A DNA stretch of 64,000 nt, from assembly GCA_043228905.1 (NCBI GenBank), contig JBHGNT010000013.1, forward strand, positions 4,030,001 to 4,094,000. The letters run 5' to 3'. This document shows positions 17,192-29,899 of this stretch, one piece after another; positions within the stretch are counted from its first letter, which is position 1, and the number at the start of each line of letters is the position of its first letter. Source of the DNA: Azolla caroliniana (taxonomy: Eukaryota; Plantae; Polypodiophyta). A program made the translations under genes and the position numbers. The notes beneath the pieces are model-generated. The model was not told the origin of the DNA, did not search any database, and saw only the letters and a list, made by a program, of their open reading frames with translations.

Positions 17192-19530
17192 ATGGACCCG
17201 CAAATGTTGTCGGAAGCCGCCAAGAAATGGCTAAAGCAACATGGGCTCGAGGGCTTCTTGACGATTTTGGAGATACCGCCACACAAAGAAGCCGACAAGG
17301 TGATCAAAGAAATCGACACAGAGGTCATAACGGCGGAGGCGATCCGTGCGTTAACAGGCCTTCCGGAGGGAGGCATATTCACGATCGACAATCCGACCTC
17401 GGAGCAACTCATCAAGTATTTTGGTGAGTACTCCCTAGCCAGCAGGGGCTACAGGACAGAGGGCGGCGGAGATATGTTGTTCCGTGAGATTGCCCGTGTG
17501 CTCCACGAATACGGCCATGTGTACCCTAGACCCCCTGTCATGCCGCAGAACCGGGCAGGGATGATCATCGCCACCTATGAAGGGATCAAGGTGGATTGGC
17601 CGGTATTGATCGCAGACGGTTTGTGTGCGGCGATCGAGATCGTCAGAGGAAAAGATGGCAAAGAAGGCCGAGAAGGACGGAGGATATGGCACGCAGTAAC
17701 GCAGTGGCTCACCTTGCTTGTGCCACCCGTCCAACCCGTCCAGCCCAAGAAGCGGGGAAGAGTAGCGGACGGCACCCCAAAGACTGCTTCCAAAAGACAA
17801 CAGCTATTGGCCTCTAAGGCCACTAAGGGGAAGGCGGCGGACGCAGAACAGGCGGGAAAGGAGAGCGCCAGCTGGAAGCGGCCAACGGATGCGCAGGAGG
17901 AACCACCGGTACGGCCCGTAAAGATTACACTCCGCCGACCGGTGAATAGAGAAGCGGACCCCTTGGCGGCGAAACTCAATGCCGGGACTCAGGAGGAGGA
18001 GCCTACAGAGCACCTCCAGCGACGGTCGTCGGCAAGGACCGTTGAGGCAGCCGGGAAACGTTCGTACCCTCAGACGGAGGGAACACTGGCTCCCCATACT
18101 GAGACTCCCACGCCAAGGGAGGAACCGGAATCGGTGTGCATGGCACCGGAATCAGAAGCCCCTGCACCACCGGCACCACCGGCAAGTCCCATTCCACCAG
18201 AGGCGGAAAGGTCAATGCAGCCTCCCTCGGCCAACCAAGAAGAAGCGCAAGGGGAACCAGGACAACAGGGTGGTCCACGGGCAGAAACGGAATTGCAACT
18301 CGGTGCAATCAAGCGGGACCACCCACCCATAAGAGAGCCCATCCGTCAAACCTCCGTGCAAGCGCAATAACAATGCACCGGTAGCCTGTGGCTCCGGTGG
18401 ATAGGCGAATAGATTGCCGGAGCAGTGGGGTATATTGAGGCGGAAGAACGAGCGCAAAGCGAACGGTTTCTTGTCACAACCGAACAATTAGAGATGGCCC
18501 GGACCAGAATCCGGTGCCTTGAAAAAGACTTGGATCAGGTCATGCCAGAAATGGCCAAAATGGCCTTAATGGGAACACAGATCCAAGCACCGGTGACTTC
18601 GGTAAGTGTATAGAGTAAAGAAACAGACCAACCTGTACATACTAATAAGACCCCGGCAACGGAAACCGTTCCAGAGAGAGATGCGGTGCAAGCCCAGGAG
18701 CTTTCGGAATTGAGAGATGAACTTGCCGCACAAGAAGCGCTAAGGAGCCGTGAACGGGAATTCAAGATAGCGGCCGAAGCAGAATTAAAGAAGACTGTTG
18801 AGAACCTCTACCGGGCAGAGGAGAGCCTCTAGAAAGGCCATCAAGCTTACGACCGGCTAAAGGAGGAAAAGGACAAAGTGCTGCAGGAAAAGGACAAGCT
18901 GCGGAAGACGGTGGAAACGGAAATTGAATGGCTAAAGGAGGAGCTCCGCCAGCCGAAGGACCGCGAGGACCGGGCCCGTCGACAGATCAATGTACGGCTC
19001 AAGTAAAAGACAAATGATTTTGAGCACCTGCACCGGGACTACAAACGGTTGGAAACGGAGCATAAGGAACGGATAGCCGAGCTCCGACAGGAAGTTGATC
19101 AGGTTGCGACGGCGCTCGCCAACGAACGAGTGGAAAATACAAGACAGTTAGACGAGGCGGAGAAGGTCCGGATGGAGCTTCAGAGTCAGCAGCAGGAAGA
19201 AAGGGAGAGAGCGACAACAGTATTGCAAAAATTACAAAGCACATATCAAAGGCAATTGACGAATTACAAGGAGCAGGCGGAAGACAACGTCAAAATCATC
19301 AAGCAATTGAAGGAGGAACGGCAAGTTGCGGAGAAATCGCAGATGGGAACGGGCCGGATTCAGTGCATCCTCCGGGCATGGCTGAATCAGACAAAACACT
19401 TGATTGATGAAAGCTCCGTAAGATGGTGGACAAAGTGGGCACAAAATACGGCGGAACTCCAATTGCTACGGGCAGACGTGGCAAACCGGCGGAAGGAAGG
19501 AGATAATTGTTACATGTTGACTTCCGAGGA
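17192..19530 (+). pseudogene. Accessory ORF downstream of integrase (globular N-domain, Pro-rich linker, long coiled coil), at least ~780 codons
   Basis: ORFs 17192, 18425 and 19049 share one frame, separated by TAA/TAG stops; homologous to the minus-strand ORF at ~59170-62279. Confidence 0.8.
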
Positions 19531-21533
19531 TTGCCCGTTCCGGTGGTGTCTTTGCCCATTCTCCCCCTCAACTGTGGCACGTCGAGATGCTGAACAACAA
19601 GCATTTCGATGAAGTGCTGCAACTTGTTTGATACGAGTGGTTTGGTGAAGATGTCAGCAACTTGCCGATCCGTATGAATATACCGAAGTTCGACCTCACC
19701 ACTCAGGACACACTCACGCACGAAGCATGGAATACGGGGTTCTTGACAAGCTGCATGTTGCTTATGTTATCGTAGTAGATCAAGATCGGGGTCGGCACCT
19801 CGATCCGCAGGTCTTGCAGCAGTCGCCGAAGCCAAATGGCTTCACAGGTGGCAATGGTAGCGCCCCGGTATTCAGCCTCAGTGCTTGACAGAGCCACTGT
19901 TGGCTGCTTTTTGCTGCTCCACGCAACAGCCGCGCTACCAAGGGAAAACATATAGCCAGAAGTGGAACGGCAATCTGATGCATCGCTGGCCTAGTCGGCA
20001 TCCGTGTTGCCGACTAGCTCTTCGGGCATACCTCGCCGGTATAACAATCCCCGGTCCTTCGTGCCGCTCACATACCGCAATATTCGGTGCGCGCACTGAA
20101 GATGCTCGACGGTCGGCTTCTGTATGAATTGACTAATCACACCAACCGGATAGCTGATGTCAGGTCAGGTGATGGTCAAATATATAAGGCTTCCGACAAT
20201 TTGTCGGAACCGTTTCTCATCGCAGGCTGGTCCGGAGTTGGGACATAGCTTCTGTTTCCGGTCCAAGGGTGTAAAAATAAGGCGGCATTCCGTCATGCTG
20301 AACTTGTACAACATATTCAACACATAGTCTCTTTGTGAGAGGAATATGCCGTTGGGGGTTCGGATCACCTTGATCCCAAGGAAATATTGAAGGTCCCCTA
20401 GGTCCTTCATCTCAAATGCATCTGACAGTTGGGACTTGACTCGGCTGATTTCATCGAGTCCGGGTCCGGTGAAGCAAACTGGACCGTTCGGACCTTGCCA
20501 GATGAACAACGAAGAGTCGGACTTGGAGGCCGCAAACCCCAACATACGCAACCGGTGCATAATCTTTGCATTCCAAGCTCGGGGGGTCTTGCTTCAGGCC
20601 ATAAAGTGACTTCTTCAACCGGCATACAACCGACTTGTTCATCTCCGACTGAAAACGGGGAGGTTGGGTCATAAAGACCTCTTCTTCTAGATCGCCTTGA
20701 AGAAATGCATTCTTCACGTACATCTGGTGAAGATGACACTCCCTTGCCACAACAACCGCCATCACCACATGAACCGTCGTCATCCTTGCTACTAGAGCGA
20801 AGGTCTCGTCGTAGTCGATTCCGTGGGTCTGCATGTATCCCTTTGCCACTAACCGGGCCTTGTACCGGTTAACAGAATCGTCGGCGTTGTACTTTACCTT
20901 GTACACCCACTTGCATCCGATCGGTTTACTATAACGGGGAGGGTCAACCAGGTCCTATGTATCATTGGCATCAAGTGCCCGCATTTCTTCCTCCATAGCG
21001 GCACGCCAATTTGCATCCCTTGCCGCTTCTGCATAGCTCTCCGGCTCACGCACTTCCACCACCTGGGCCATGTACGCATAGTGATGCACCATGTACTCAT
21101 TGTACCCGTACCATTTAACATGTTCCTTTTGGAGGGTTGGCTGACATAACCCACCATTACCCGGTTTGAGGCCCTTCTTGGCCGGTTCGGTCTTCGGTGC
21201 CGAAGAACCGTCATTTTCCTTTCCGGAGTCGAATCCGCTCTGATCTGACTCATCATTACCGGTTTCATAATCCGGCATCTTCTTCTTCCCCTTCTCTTTG
21301 CGCGTGAACCGTCTCCTTGGTTCCTTGTGGGAGGAGAGCACGGTAGAGTCTTCACTACTCGTCGGTTCCTCTTCTGACTGGTCGGATTGACCTAGTCTCT
21401 CGTTCAGCCCACTCAACCGAAACGATTCTGGACTCTCTTCTTGAGTCCCGGATTCATCATCTTCTATCTGGACCAGTTCAAGGTCACTAGCCTCATCCTC
21501 CGATATCGGGTCGGGGTCGGAAGTCGGAGCCGG
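19531..21533 (-). mobile_element. Copia family A fragment (post-INT linker, RT, RNase H)
   Basis: [65 protein letters not shown]. Confidence 0.92.
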
Positions 21534-24500
21534 TGTCGTGTAGAAAACCGTCCCTGGGCGGAAACCGGGTATAACGTGCGTAAACTGGTCCTTACACGTG
21601 GGCACAAGTTTTGTTGTATAGTACAAAGGTAGGTACAAGTCGCCTGAGGCGAAATCCTAGGTAGCACGCATTCGGTAGGGAGGAAATCTAGGCGTATCCC
21701 TGTTCGAAAGGATAGGGAATAAACATGATGTAATGGGTGGCGACGGCCTCCCTCCTTCGGCTATAAAAGAGAGGGAGAAGTGAGGTAAATATATCGCATT
21801 TTTGTGGAGGACGAAGTGGTACCGGACTGGAACCGAGCGCTTCTCCTCTCCTCTGTCGTCTCCATAATCAATCTATGCAGGTTTCGGGAGGCTGACTCTG
21901 CTTCGCGGGACGCCCGAGTGCTTCCGGCAAAGTCTCCATCTCGCGTTGTGCGTGTGTGTGCGCGTGTGTGTGTGCAGGCGTCAAAGCCCATCACTCGCCG
22001 GCTTGCCGGTTGTAACACCTTGATTTATATATACATAAACATTCGTTCTGTCTCCATCTTGCGTTCTCTAGTTAGTTACAATTCATGTGATTATGTGGGT
22101 CTGTGCGCGTATGAATTACATCGTTAGTTTCCTTCCCATCCCCTCATTCAGTCATTCCTCGGTCCGAGGCCCTCGTGGTCCCGCCTCATTCTCTACGCAC
22201 GCGCATAGCAACGCGACATATTTGGTGAACCTGACGTGAAGAGGCGGCAAAGCAGTGAAGGATGAGGGGATCCGAGTTTGCTGAAGCTATGGCCGTAGCC
22301 GTCGACCGGGTAGTGAGCGCTCGCGAGGGAACGGGTGCCCTCGACAAGGCCATTCAGTCGATAGTCGGCACCATAGGTCGATTCGATGGGAAGAATGCCA
22401 CGAGCTACTTGGAGGCCTACCGGGCTGAAATGATCATGAGGGATATCTTGGTGGACGGGCAGCTATCCGGATTCCCTCGGGTGGTGACGCCGAGCATCCA
22501 CACAGAGGTGCTTGAGGTGCTGGCCGGATGCCAGACATGGGAGGAGTTTGAGTTGCGGTTCCTCTAGATGTATGGGTTTGATGACTCGTTTCGGCTGTCC
22601 AAGCAAGACTGGATGGCATGGGTTGAGAACCCTGTGAAGGGGAGGAACATGTCGATGCTCCTCTAGAAGTTCGAAAAATAGTTCGCACGACTGTCGACGC
22701 TGGACCGGACCTTGCTCGACGGAGGCAGGTACTACTATTCGTCAAGTCGGTGGACGCCATGGACCGGGAGAAGGTGGGTCTCTTGTTGGAAATGGATGAA
22801 GGGCTCAAAACAGATTGGGCCATGGTAAGGAGGGTTTGCGGTCGTTTCGACAAGCGGCGCGAGTGGAACGACGAGGGCTCGTCGTCGGCAAGGCCGGTCC
22901 CGGCGAGGGAGTTCGAGGAGATGGTGTCAGTACTGGCTAGGCAGGAAGAAACTCGGAGTTGGCTTGAGATGGGCTCAGCCCCGAGCGGAGTAGTCAAAGG
23001 TCCCTCCGGAGGCGCGGCTGTAGAAGAGCTGTCGCAGATGATGCGAGATCTCCAAATTGCACAAGCCCGAAGGGACAACGGCGAACAGTCTCATGACCGA
23101 AGGCCGCCGACGAGGCAACGGTGCATGTGGTGCGACGCGGTTGGCCACATCCAGAAAGAATGTGCGGATTACGCTCAGGCACACAGGACCAACATGGTGT
23201 ACCTCTGGAACGGGCGGGTGCATGCGAGTGAGACCTGGAAAGCCCTAGAGTTGAATACGGGTCGCGGCGGAATGAAGCGATTGATAGAAGAGGCCTCGGC
23301 ACGACATGTAGAGGCCGTCAACAACTCGGCATCGGCGGGAATCTAGGCCGGGGGTGATGAGGCCCGGAAAGGGGAGGACTCCGGATTCTGGCCGCTGGTG
23401 CTAGAGGGTCTCTACGGACTACGGCTGAAGAAGGAAGAGGCCGACCGTGCGGAACAACGGATCCGGGAGGTTACCGGATGGGACGACCCGGTGGAAGAAA
23501 AGACCGGCTTCATGGCAGCCGCATGTTAGAACTACAAGGTGCTGGTAGAACACAAGCGCGCGGGAAAGGCCGGAGGGGGCGGCCCCTCGCAGCGGTACGA
23601 GACCCGGTTCGGACCGAAGCCGAATGAGGCTGCCAACGCCAGCGCACCAAAGAAGAAGAAGCAGGCCGGTTTTCGGTTGAGCACCGAAATAGAACGAACA
23701 ACGGACCTGCGGAAGGTCCTGAAAGAGAGAATTCTTGACAGTTAGGTCGAGCTGTCGTTACAAGAGGTGCTGGGAATCGTCAAGAAGGAGTTCCACGACT
23801 CCATCGTGGACCTGGTGAAGCGGAAAGGCTCTCGGCGGAGATGGAACCAGAGAGGCCGGTGGAAGTGCGGATGGCGCACTTAGAAGACACGGCCCTAGAG
23901 GACGAGTTGGCGGAAAGCCACTATGTGAAGCCGCATTGGGCTAGGGCCACTACGGAAACCTCTGTCCGGATTGGCGACGTCCAAGAGCCGGTGGTGGCGT
24001 TGGTAGACCACGGTTCGGAGATCAACCTAATGTCTATGGACTTCTATAGAAAGGGGAAATGGCCGATCAACACCAAGCACGGGTGGAAGATACGCGCAAC
24101 GACGCGCGCTACAGAGGAGCTGCATGGTGCGTGCTCGAACGTACGCATGAAGATCGGTAACGTCGAGATAGATCAACATTTCTTCGTGCAGGAGACTTCC
24201 TCGCACCCAGTAATTCTCGACGAACTGTACATTACGGCAGCACGCATGGAGACAAAAGTATTGGACAACGGTTCGGCGTACGCACGCATCAAGAGCCAAG
24301 ACGGTCGGCATTCCGTCCAATTCATGACAGTGCAACCCAACCACGAGCGAAACCACGAGACCCTCGGCGGGGACAGCCGAGGGGATGTTTAGAGAGGGCT
24401 ATCAAGGCATGGGGCCACGATAGTCCAGACACCCCGAAAAAACCCCACAGATGTACTATCGGCAAAAACACTTGTACCATAGGTAGAAAATTTTGGTTCT

Positions 24501-26691
24501 CCGGTAGCGGTGGTTGTACGATAGCGGGCGTAGTTGGCCGAGAAAAGAACCGGGCAGAGGAGCGACTTCGAGCATGCGGAGTCCTCGGCCTTGAAGAGGA
24601 AATCAACGGAGCCATGGAGGCGGTCTCTTTCGACACCGGAAGGTGAGGCCAATCGCGGCACCCTTGCCGGAGGGCAGCGAGTTACGGATAAAGGGGGTCA
24701 TGTCGGACCCAAGTTTACGAGATCTGGCTAGCATAGAACACACGTTCACCGACATAACGCTACGGGAACTCAAGATCGGTGGGGGTGGTTTTCTACTGCA
24801 GGCGGAAGAAGACTGGTTTCGGAGAATGCTCGGGAGGCACGGGAAGGCTTTCGCATTCTCATCGGAGGAGATCGGGTGCGTAGACCCGAAGGTTGTGGAA
24901 CCAATGGTGATCTTCACGGTACCGCATGTGCCGAGGAGTCTCAAACCGATTCCGGTACCTAGAGCTCACATCCCGAAGCTAATGGAGCTGCTGAAACAGA
25001 AGGTGGAGATGGGCATCCTCGAACCGTTGAGTACCCCATATTCGAATTGGTGGTTTACTGTGCCAAAAAAGAACGGCACATTGCGCTTCATACAGGACCT
25101 GCAGCCGGTCAACAAGGTGAGCATTCGAAACATAGGTATCGAACCGACCATCGATGAGTTCGAGGAGGCCTTTGTAGGGAGGTCGATCTACTCGGTCGGG
25201 GACCTATACTCAGGCTAAGATCTGTTCCAGCTAGTTGTAGAGAGCAGGGATGTCACGACGATGCGGACTCCTCTCGGCCTAGTTCGAATGTTTACCCTAC
25301 CGCAAGGAGGAACGAACTCGGTGGCGCACATGGTGAATGCGATGAACAAGGTATTGAGGGACTGCATCCCGGACATCACCATGCCGTGTCTAGACGACAT
25401 CCCGATCAAAGGATGTCCGGTGGAGGACAAGGACGAGTTGGTCGGGGCCGACGGTTGCCGGAGGTTCGTGACGGATCACATCCGTGACTGCGAGAAGGTG
25501 CTACCAAGACTCCATAGCGCGCGACTCACCTTCTCCGTAGAAAAATCAGCCTTCGGACAGCCGGAGATCCTAGTAGTCGGAAACCTGTGTGGGCCTTACG
25601 GTCGGAAGTTGTCCCCGGCGAAGGTAGAAGCCATCTCCACGATGAAGGATGATTGCGGGTCGGTCACAGAGGTCTGAAGGATCCTTGGGGCGCGTGCGTT
25701 CTATCACATCTGGATTTCGCACTACGCGCATGTCGCAGAGCCGCTTTACGGGTTATTAAAAAAAGGGCGCTGGTTCGAATGGAGGACGGAGCACGCAGAG
25801 TCGGTCTGGAGACTGAAGGAGGCGCTCGCCGCGGCACCAACTCTCCGAAAAGCGGTTTACAGCAAGGAAGTCCCCATTTACATGAAGGTGAACACAAGCC
25901 CCACCGGGATCGGGTGGGTGATCAATCAAGAAGATGAAGACGACGTACAGTTCCCAATCCGGTTCGGGGCAAAGGTATTGAACGAGCGGCAGCGAGGATA
26001 CGCCCAAATCAACCGCGAGCTATGGGGTATCGTTTCGGACGTCAAGGCCGACAAGGACTATCTGATCGGGACGGAAGTGATCATCGAGATGGATTGCCTA
26101 CCGATTCTGGATATGGTTTTCGGATGCGTGACTCCGGACCTGGCGATGCTCAGGTGGATCGCGTACATGAAGTCCCTAAACCCGGAGATACGGCACATCT
26201 TCGGAAAAGATAATGCCATTGTCGATATGCTTTCAAGGGCGCAATTCAGCGACAAGGACGGCATGGTTTTGGATAACGAAGAAGTCGGCGAGGACTTCTT
26301 CGGGTCAGCTAATGTGACAACAAGAAAGGGGAGCACTCCTGCGCTTAACGAATTCGATGTGAGCAAGTACGACGGGGAGTGGCTCCAGATCGACGGGTTC
26401 CTGAAGACATTGACACCGGACGCGGCATGGACGAAGGAAGTGACCAACCGGATTTGGAAGAAAGCGTACCGATTCTTCCTATGGGACGGGAGCATATGGA
26501 AGCACCGGAAGAAGAGAAACGACACCCCGCTCTGAGTGGTGGCGAAGAAAGAGGAACAAAAAGAATTGCTGACGACGTACCACGAGAGTCCCTGGGCCGG
26601 GTACCGCGGGACGTGGGCCACATTCGAGAAGCTAAAGGAGAAGTACTGGTGGCCAGGGCTATACCGGGACATGCATCGGTTCGTGACGACT
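21534..26691 (+). mobile_element. tRNA-Trp-primed Ty3/gypsy element (5' LTR, gag, PR, RT, RH, start of INT), decayed and 3'-truncated
   Basis: LTR 21534-22218 (TGTCG...CGACA), PBS TGGTGAACCTGACGTGAA 22223-22240, CMWCDAVGHIQKEC, LVDHGSEIN, FIQDLQPVNK, LPQGGTNSV, CLDD. Confidence 0.9.
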
Positions 26692-27113
26692 TGTGAAAAA
26701 GCTTTAGTTAGAAGAAAAACGCATGATAGAAAAAAGCTACACATGTACATCTAGCGTGCATGAACACTATAGCCGATAAAAAATAGATGAGGTTAGAAAA
26801 AAGCATGATCACTTTTAGAAAAAGCATGTTAGAGAAACCACATAGTCAATAGATAGAGAAAGCATGGAGTTCATAGTTAGTGAAAAAGCATGGATTGCTA
26901 AGACTCTCATATGACTATATAAGGATGGGGAGCACAATGTAATTGGTGTGAAAACTTTGTAAATTGGATATATTTCTAAAAACACCAATTAATAAATTAT
27001 ATTCGTGGGATTCACGTGGTTTCTATATCCTTATCTTTCGATCTAAATTCATATTCTTATCTTAATATTGATTAATCTAATACAATATACTTGTGGGATT
27101 CGCAAGTTTCAAC
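26692..27113 (+). repeat. Probable LTR fragment or solo LTR
   Basis: Abrupt composition change at TGTGAAAAA that truncates integrase; repeated AAAAAGCATG motifs and CTATATAAGG. Right end uncertain. Confidence 0.5.
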
Positions 27114-27616
27114 TTAGGTCAAATTTTAAAATTTATAATATTTCATTTTTTAAATTTTTTTAAAGATGTTCCTAAAATGTGAGAATAAGGTTTAAAACTG
27201 AAAAGATTGTTTATAAACAATTTTTTATAAATGTTTTAATTTATTTATTTTTAAATAAAAAATAAAAAACAGTTGTTGAAACCGAACCATTGCGGATTGT
27301 TAGCCCCGCCCTTGTCCTTGGGTGTTGTCCGGTGGATGGGATGTCGGTTTCGGCCGGCCTCATAGATTTGACACCTGTCATCTAAATTTTTTATGATAAG
27401 ACATTTCGTAGGTCAAAATTAGAATCGAAAAAATCCATCATGATCCTCATGTTAAATGTTTTATATCAACGTGATGAGTTTCCCGACAAGACAATTCAGT
27501 AATTTGTTTTACATTACTTTCACCAAAATTCATGTAACTTTTGTGTCTTAAGCTCGGATTAATAAGTTTAACAGAGTGTGAAAGCACAATGAGAAAAGAT
27601 TGGGCTTCGTGGCATG

Positions 27617-27845
27617 TAAGAATGGACAACAGTTCAGTTTCGGTTTAATTGGTTTGGCCTTGTCCAAACCAAACTAGTTAAGCCTTAATCGGTTTGGGAG
27701 TTTCCAAACTTGAACCAAACTAGTTTCGAAACCAATTTGGCCAAACCAGTTAAGCCTAACTCGGTTTAGGAACCGATTTAGCCAAGCCTATTAAGCCTTA
27801 ACTGGTTTGGTGCAAATCAGTCTAGTTCGGCTTGAGCCATCCCAA
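27617..27845. mobile_element. Degenerate hAT-like MITE
   Basis: Ends resemble TAGGGATGG TIRs (taagaatgg / ccatcccaa) and the interior is rich in AAACC/GGTTT repeats; no TSD seen. Confidence 0.4.
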
Positions 27846-29489
27846 ACGTAGCTCAATCTCGTTAAGGAAGGTGAAGATATAGAAGAAGGATCTGAAGAAG
27901 ATAGGAGTAAATGGAGAGGATAGAAATCAAGAGTAGAGCAGCATGGGATATCCTCGAGTTTTGGGATGATGTCTCAACAAATGAATACCATGTCGCTTTT
28001 TGTCATCATTAATCTCGACACCCTCTTGATTCTCAACCCTAGCTTTCTCTTTGGAATTTGGCAGCACTACCGCCTTATCTCTAACTTGCCTCCCCTTAAA
28101 CAATGAGCCCTATCCACCGTTTTATAGGTTTTCAAAGGTTATGACATAAATACAAATAGTGGATGCCACTCATGGCTCAAGAATGGAGATAACTATGCAT
28201 CCGAGTGATCAAAAAGTTGATCATGTTTGAAGTCTCAGATCTGCATGAGCATTGTACACCAACCACATACCGCTACGACAAAAATATTGTCCTATTGAAC
28301 CCTAATTAACATGGAGAGCCATGAAGGAGTAAGCCATTGTCAAAGACAACTAGATTTATCAATCTCCACAGGTAACACTATCGATGAACCATCAAAATGT
28401 GAAAAACTAATGGGTTCCTTTGCCAAAAACCATGGATCACATTCGTGAGCATCCATAGCAACGAGAAGGACCTCAATCTCCAAACTTGAATTGCGGAAAT
28501 TAAGCGAGATGAAACTACGAAGGAAGAAATTACACGGTCAAATAGACACAAGTCACATGACAATGGTAGCCATATCAAAGAGACCTCATTACAAAGGCAA
28601 TTACTAGAAGCCGAAAACATTCCAGAAATCCGGATCGCTTACAATTCATGTCTAAGGATGTGGATGTGGTGAACTCAAATAATGTGAATTGTATGGTCAA
28701 ACTATGTATGTATGGGATATTGTTTTTGAATGTTTTTACCCTTTTTGTTTTGCCTGAACATATGTTTAATCCATCATCATGCTTAGCCTATTATGAAGAA
28801 TAACTATCTACATTCCTACACAGAAAAACTTAACCACATTTCCTCTGGTCATCTGCTCTGCCAGGTTAATAGCAGAAGAAAGAAAGAAAGAAAGAAAGAA
28901 AGAGTGAAAAATTCATTAGGTTTTGGGAGTTCGATCGAATGTGAATTTGTTCATTACATTTAAGAGATGAACATGGCCAAACAATTGACAAGTCAAACAC
29001 CCACAGAAAAATCAAAGTCAAAGGGTTTAACTAATTTGAGGGTCAATTGCTGCATTATATTAACTAATTTGCATAATACATTAAGTTTGAGGGGAGGCAT
29101 CTGAATTTGGTGCATTATATTTATATAGAGAAGATGAATACTGTTCTCCTTCTTCTTCTTTTCTGCATTGGGATCATCATTCGGCTAATTCGCATCGTCC
29201 GACACATTTGGCATGTCTGTGGCATCATAGTGGTAAATTTCATCCTCAGATTGATTCATCGCAGAGGTGGAGGTGATGGTGGTGGCCGCATCTAACATGT
29301 CAAAACCTCCAATTCATTGGTGGGATTTTTTGTATATTCAATCATTTAGAATTGTCTGAATAATGCCTCTAAACCAAGCCATAGTTCTGGTTAATCTTGG
29401 CCAATAAAAATGGTTTTTAAGCCATAAAGGGGGAATGCAAGCTCCTCAAACATGGCCAACAAGGAATTATACTGATACATGAAAACAAA

Positions 29490-29499
29490 TCTCTCTCTC

Positions 29500-29530
<31 letters not shown>
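29490..29530. repeat. (CT)n(AT)n microsatellite
   Basis: Read directly. Confidence 0.9.
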
Positions 29531-29899
29531 CTAAATGATTCGCATGCCCTGTGCGTTTTTTCTGTAGACTCTCATTAAATTATAATGTGAAGACAAAAGG
29601 TTATGGTGTATGTAGCCTCTGAGTAATTTCAGTGCATGATGTATCTATCCCCTTCACGAGAGATTCTCATATGATGATTGTAAATTGTAGCAGGTTTTAA
29701 TACATGCATAAGACAGTTTGGTGTGCTACCAAACCCACATATTTTGTGCTATAATTATTGCCACTTCTCATACAAAATCATTACATTCCTCATAATTAGA
29801 TCATCTGATTCTGCCTGGCTTCATAATAAATTTAGGAAAGAAATTGAGAAAGGTATTTTTTACACCATGGCCAAACAATCCAATAGTCAAACAATTGTG

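Noticed and set aside
17192-19530. Calling the accessory ORF env
   Set aside because: No signal peptide or transmembrane segment in the visible part of either copy.
21534-21730. Pol III boxes in the LTR of the first Trp-primed element (GTTCGAA hairpin near 21703)
   Set aside because: No A box at tRNA spacing and a poor B-box match, so not counted.
26058-26750. 230-aa minus-strand ORF, and the many similar antisense ORFs over pol genes
   Set aside because: Shadows of GC-rich retroelement coding strands with no recognisable motifs.
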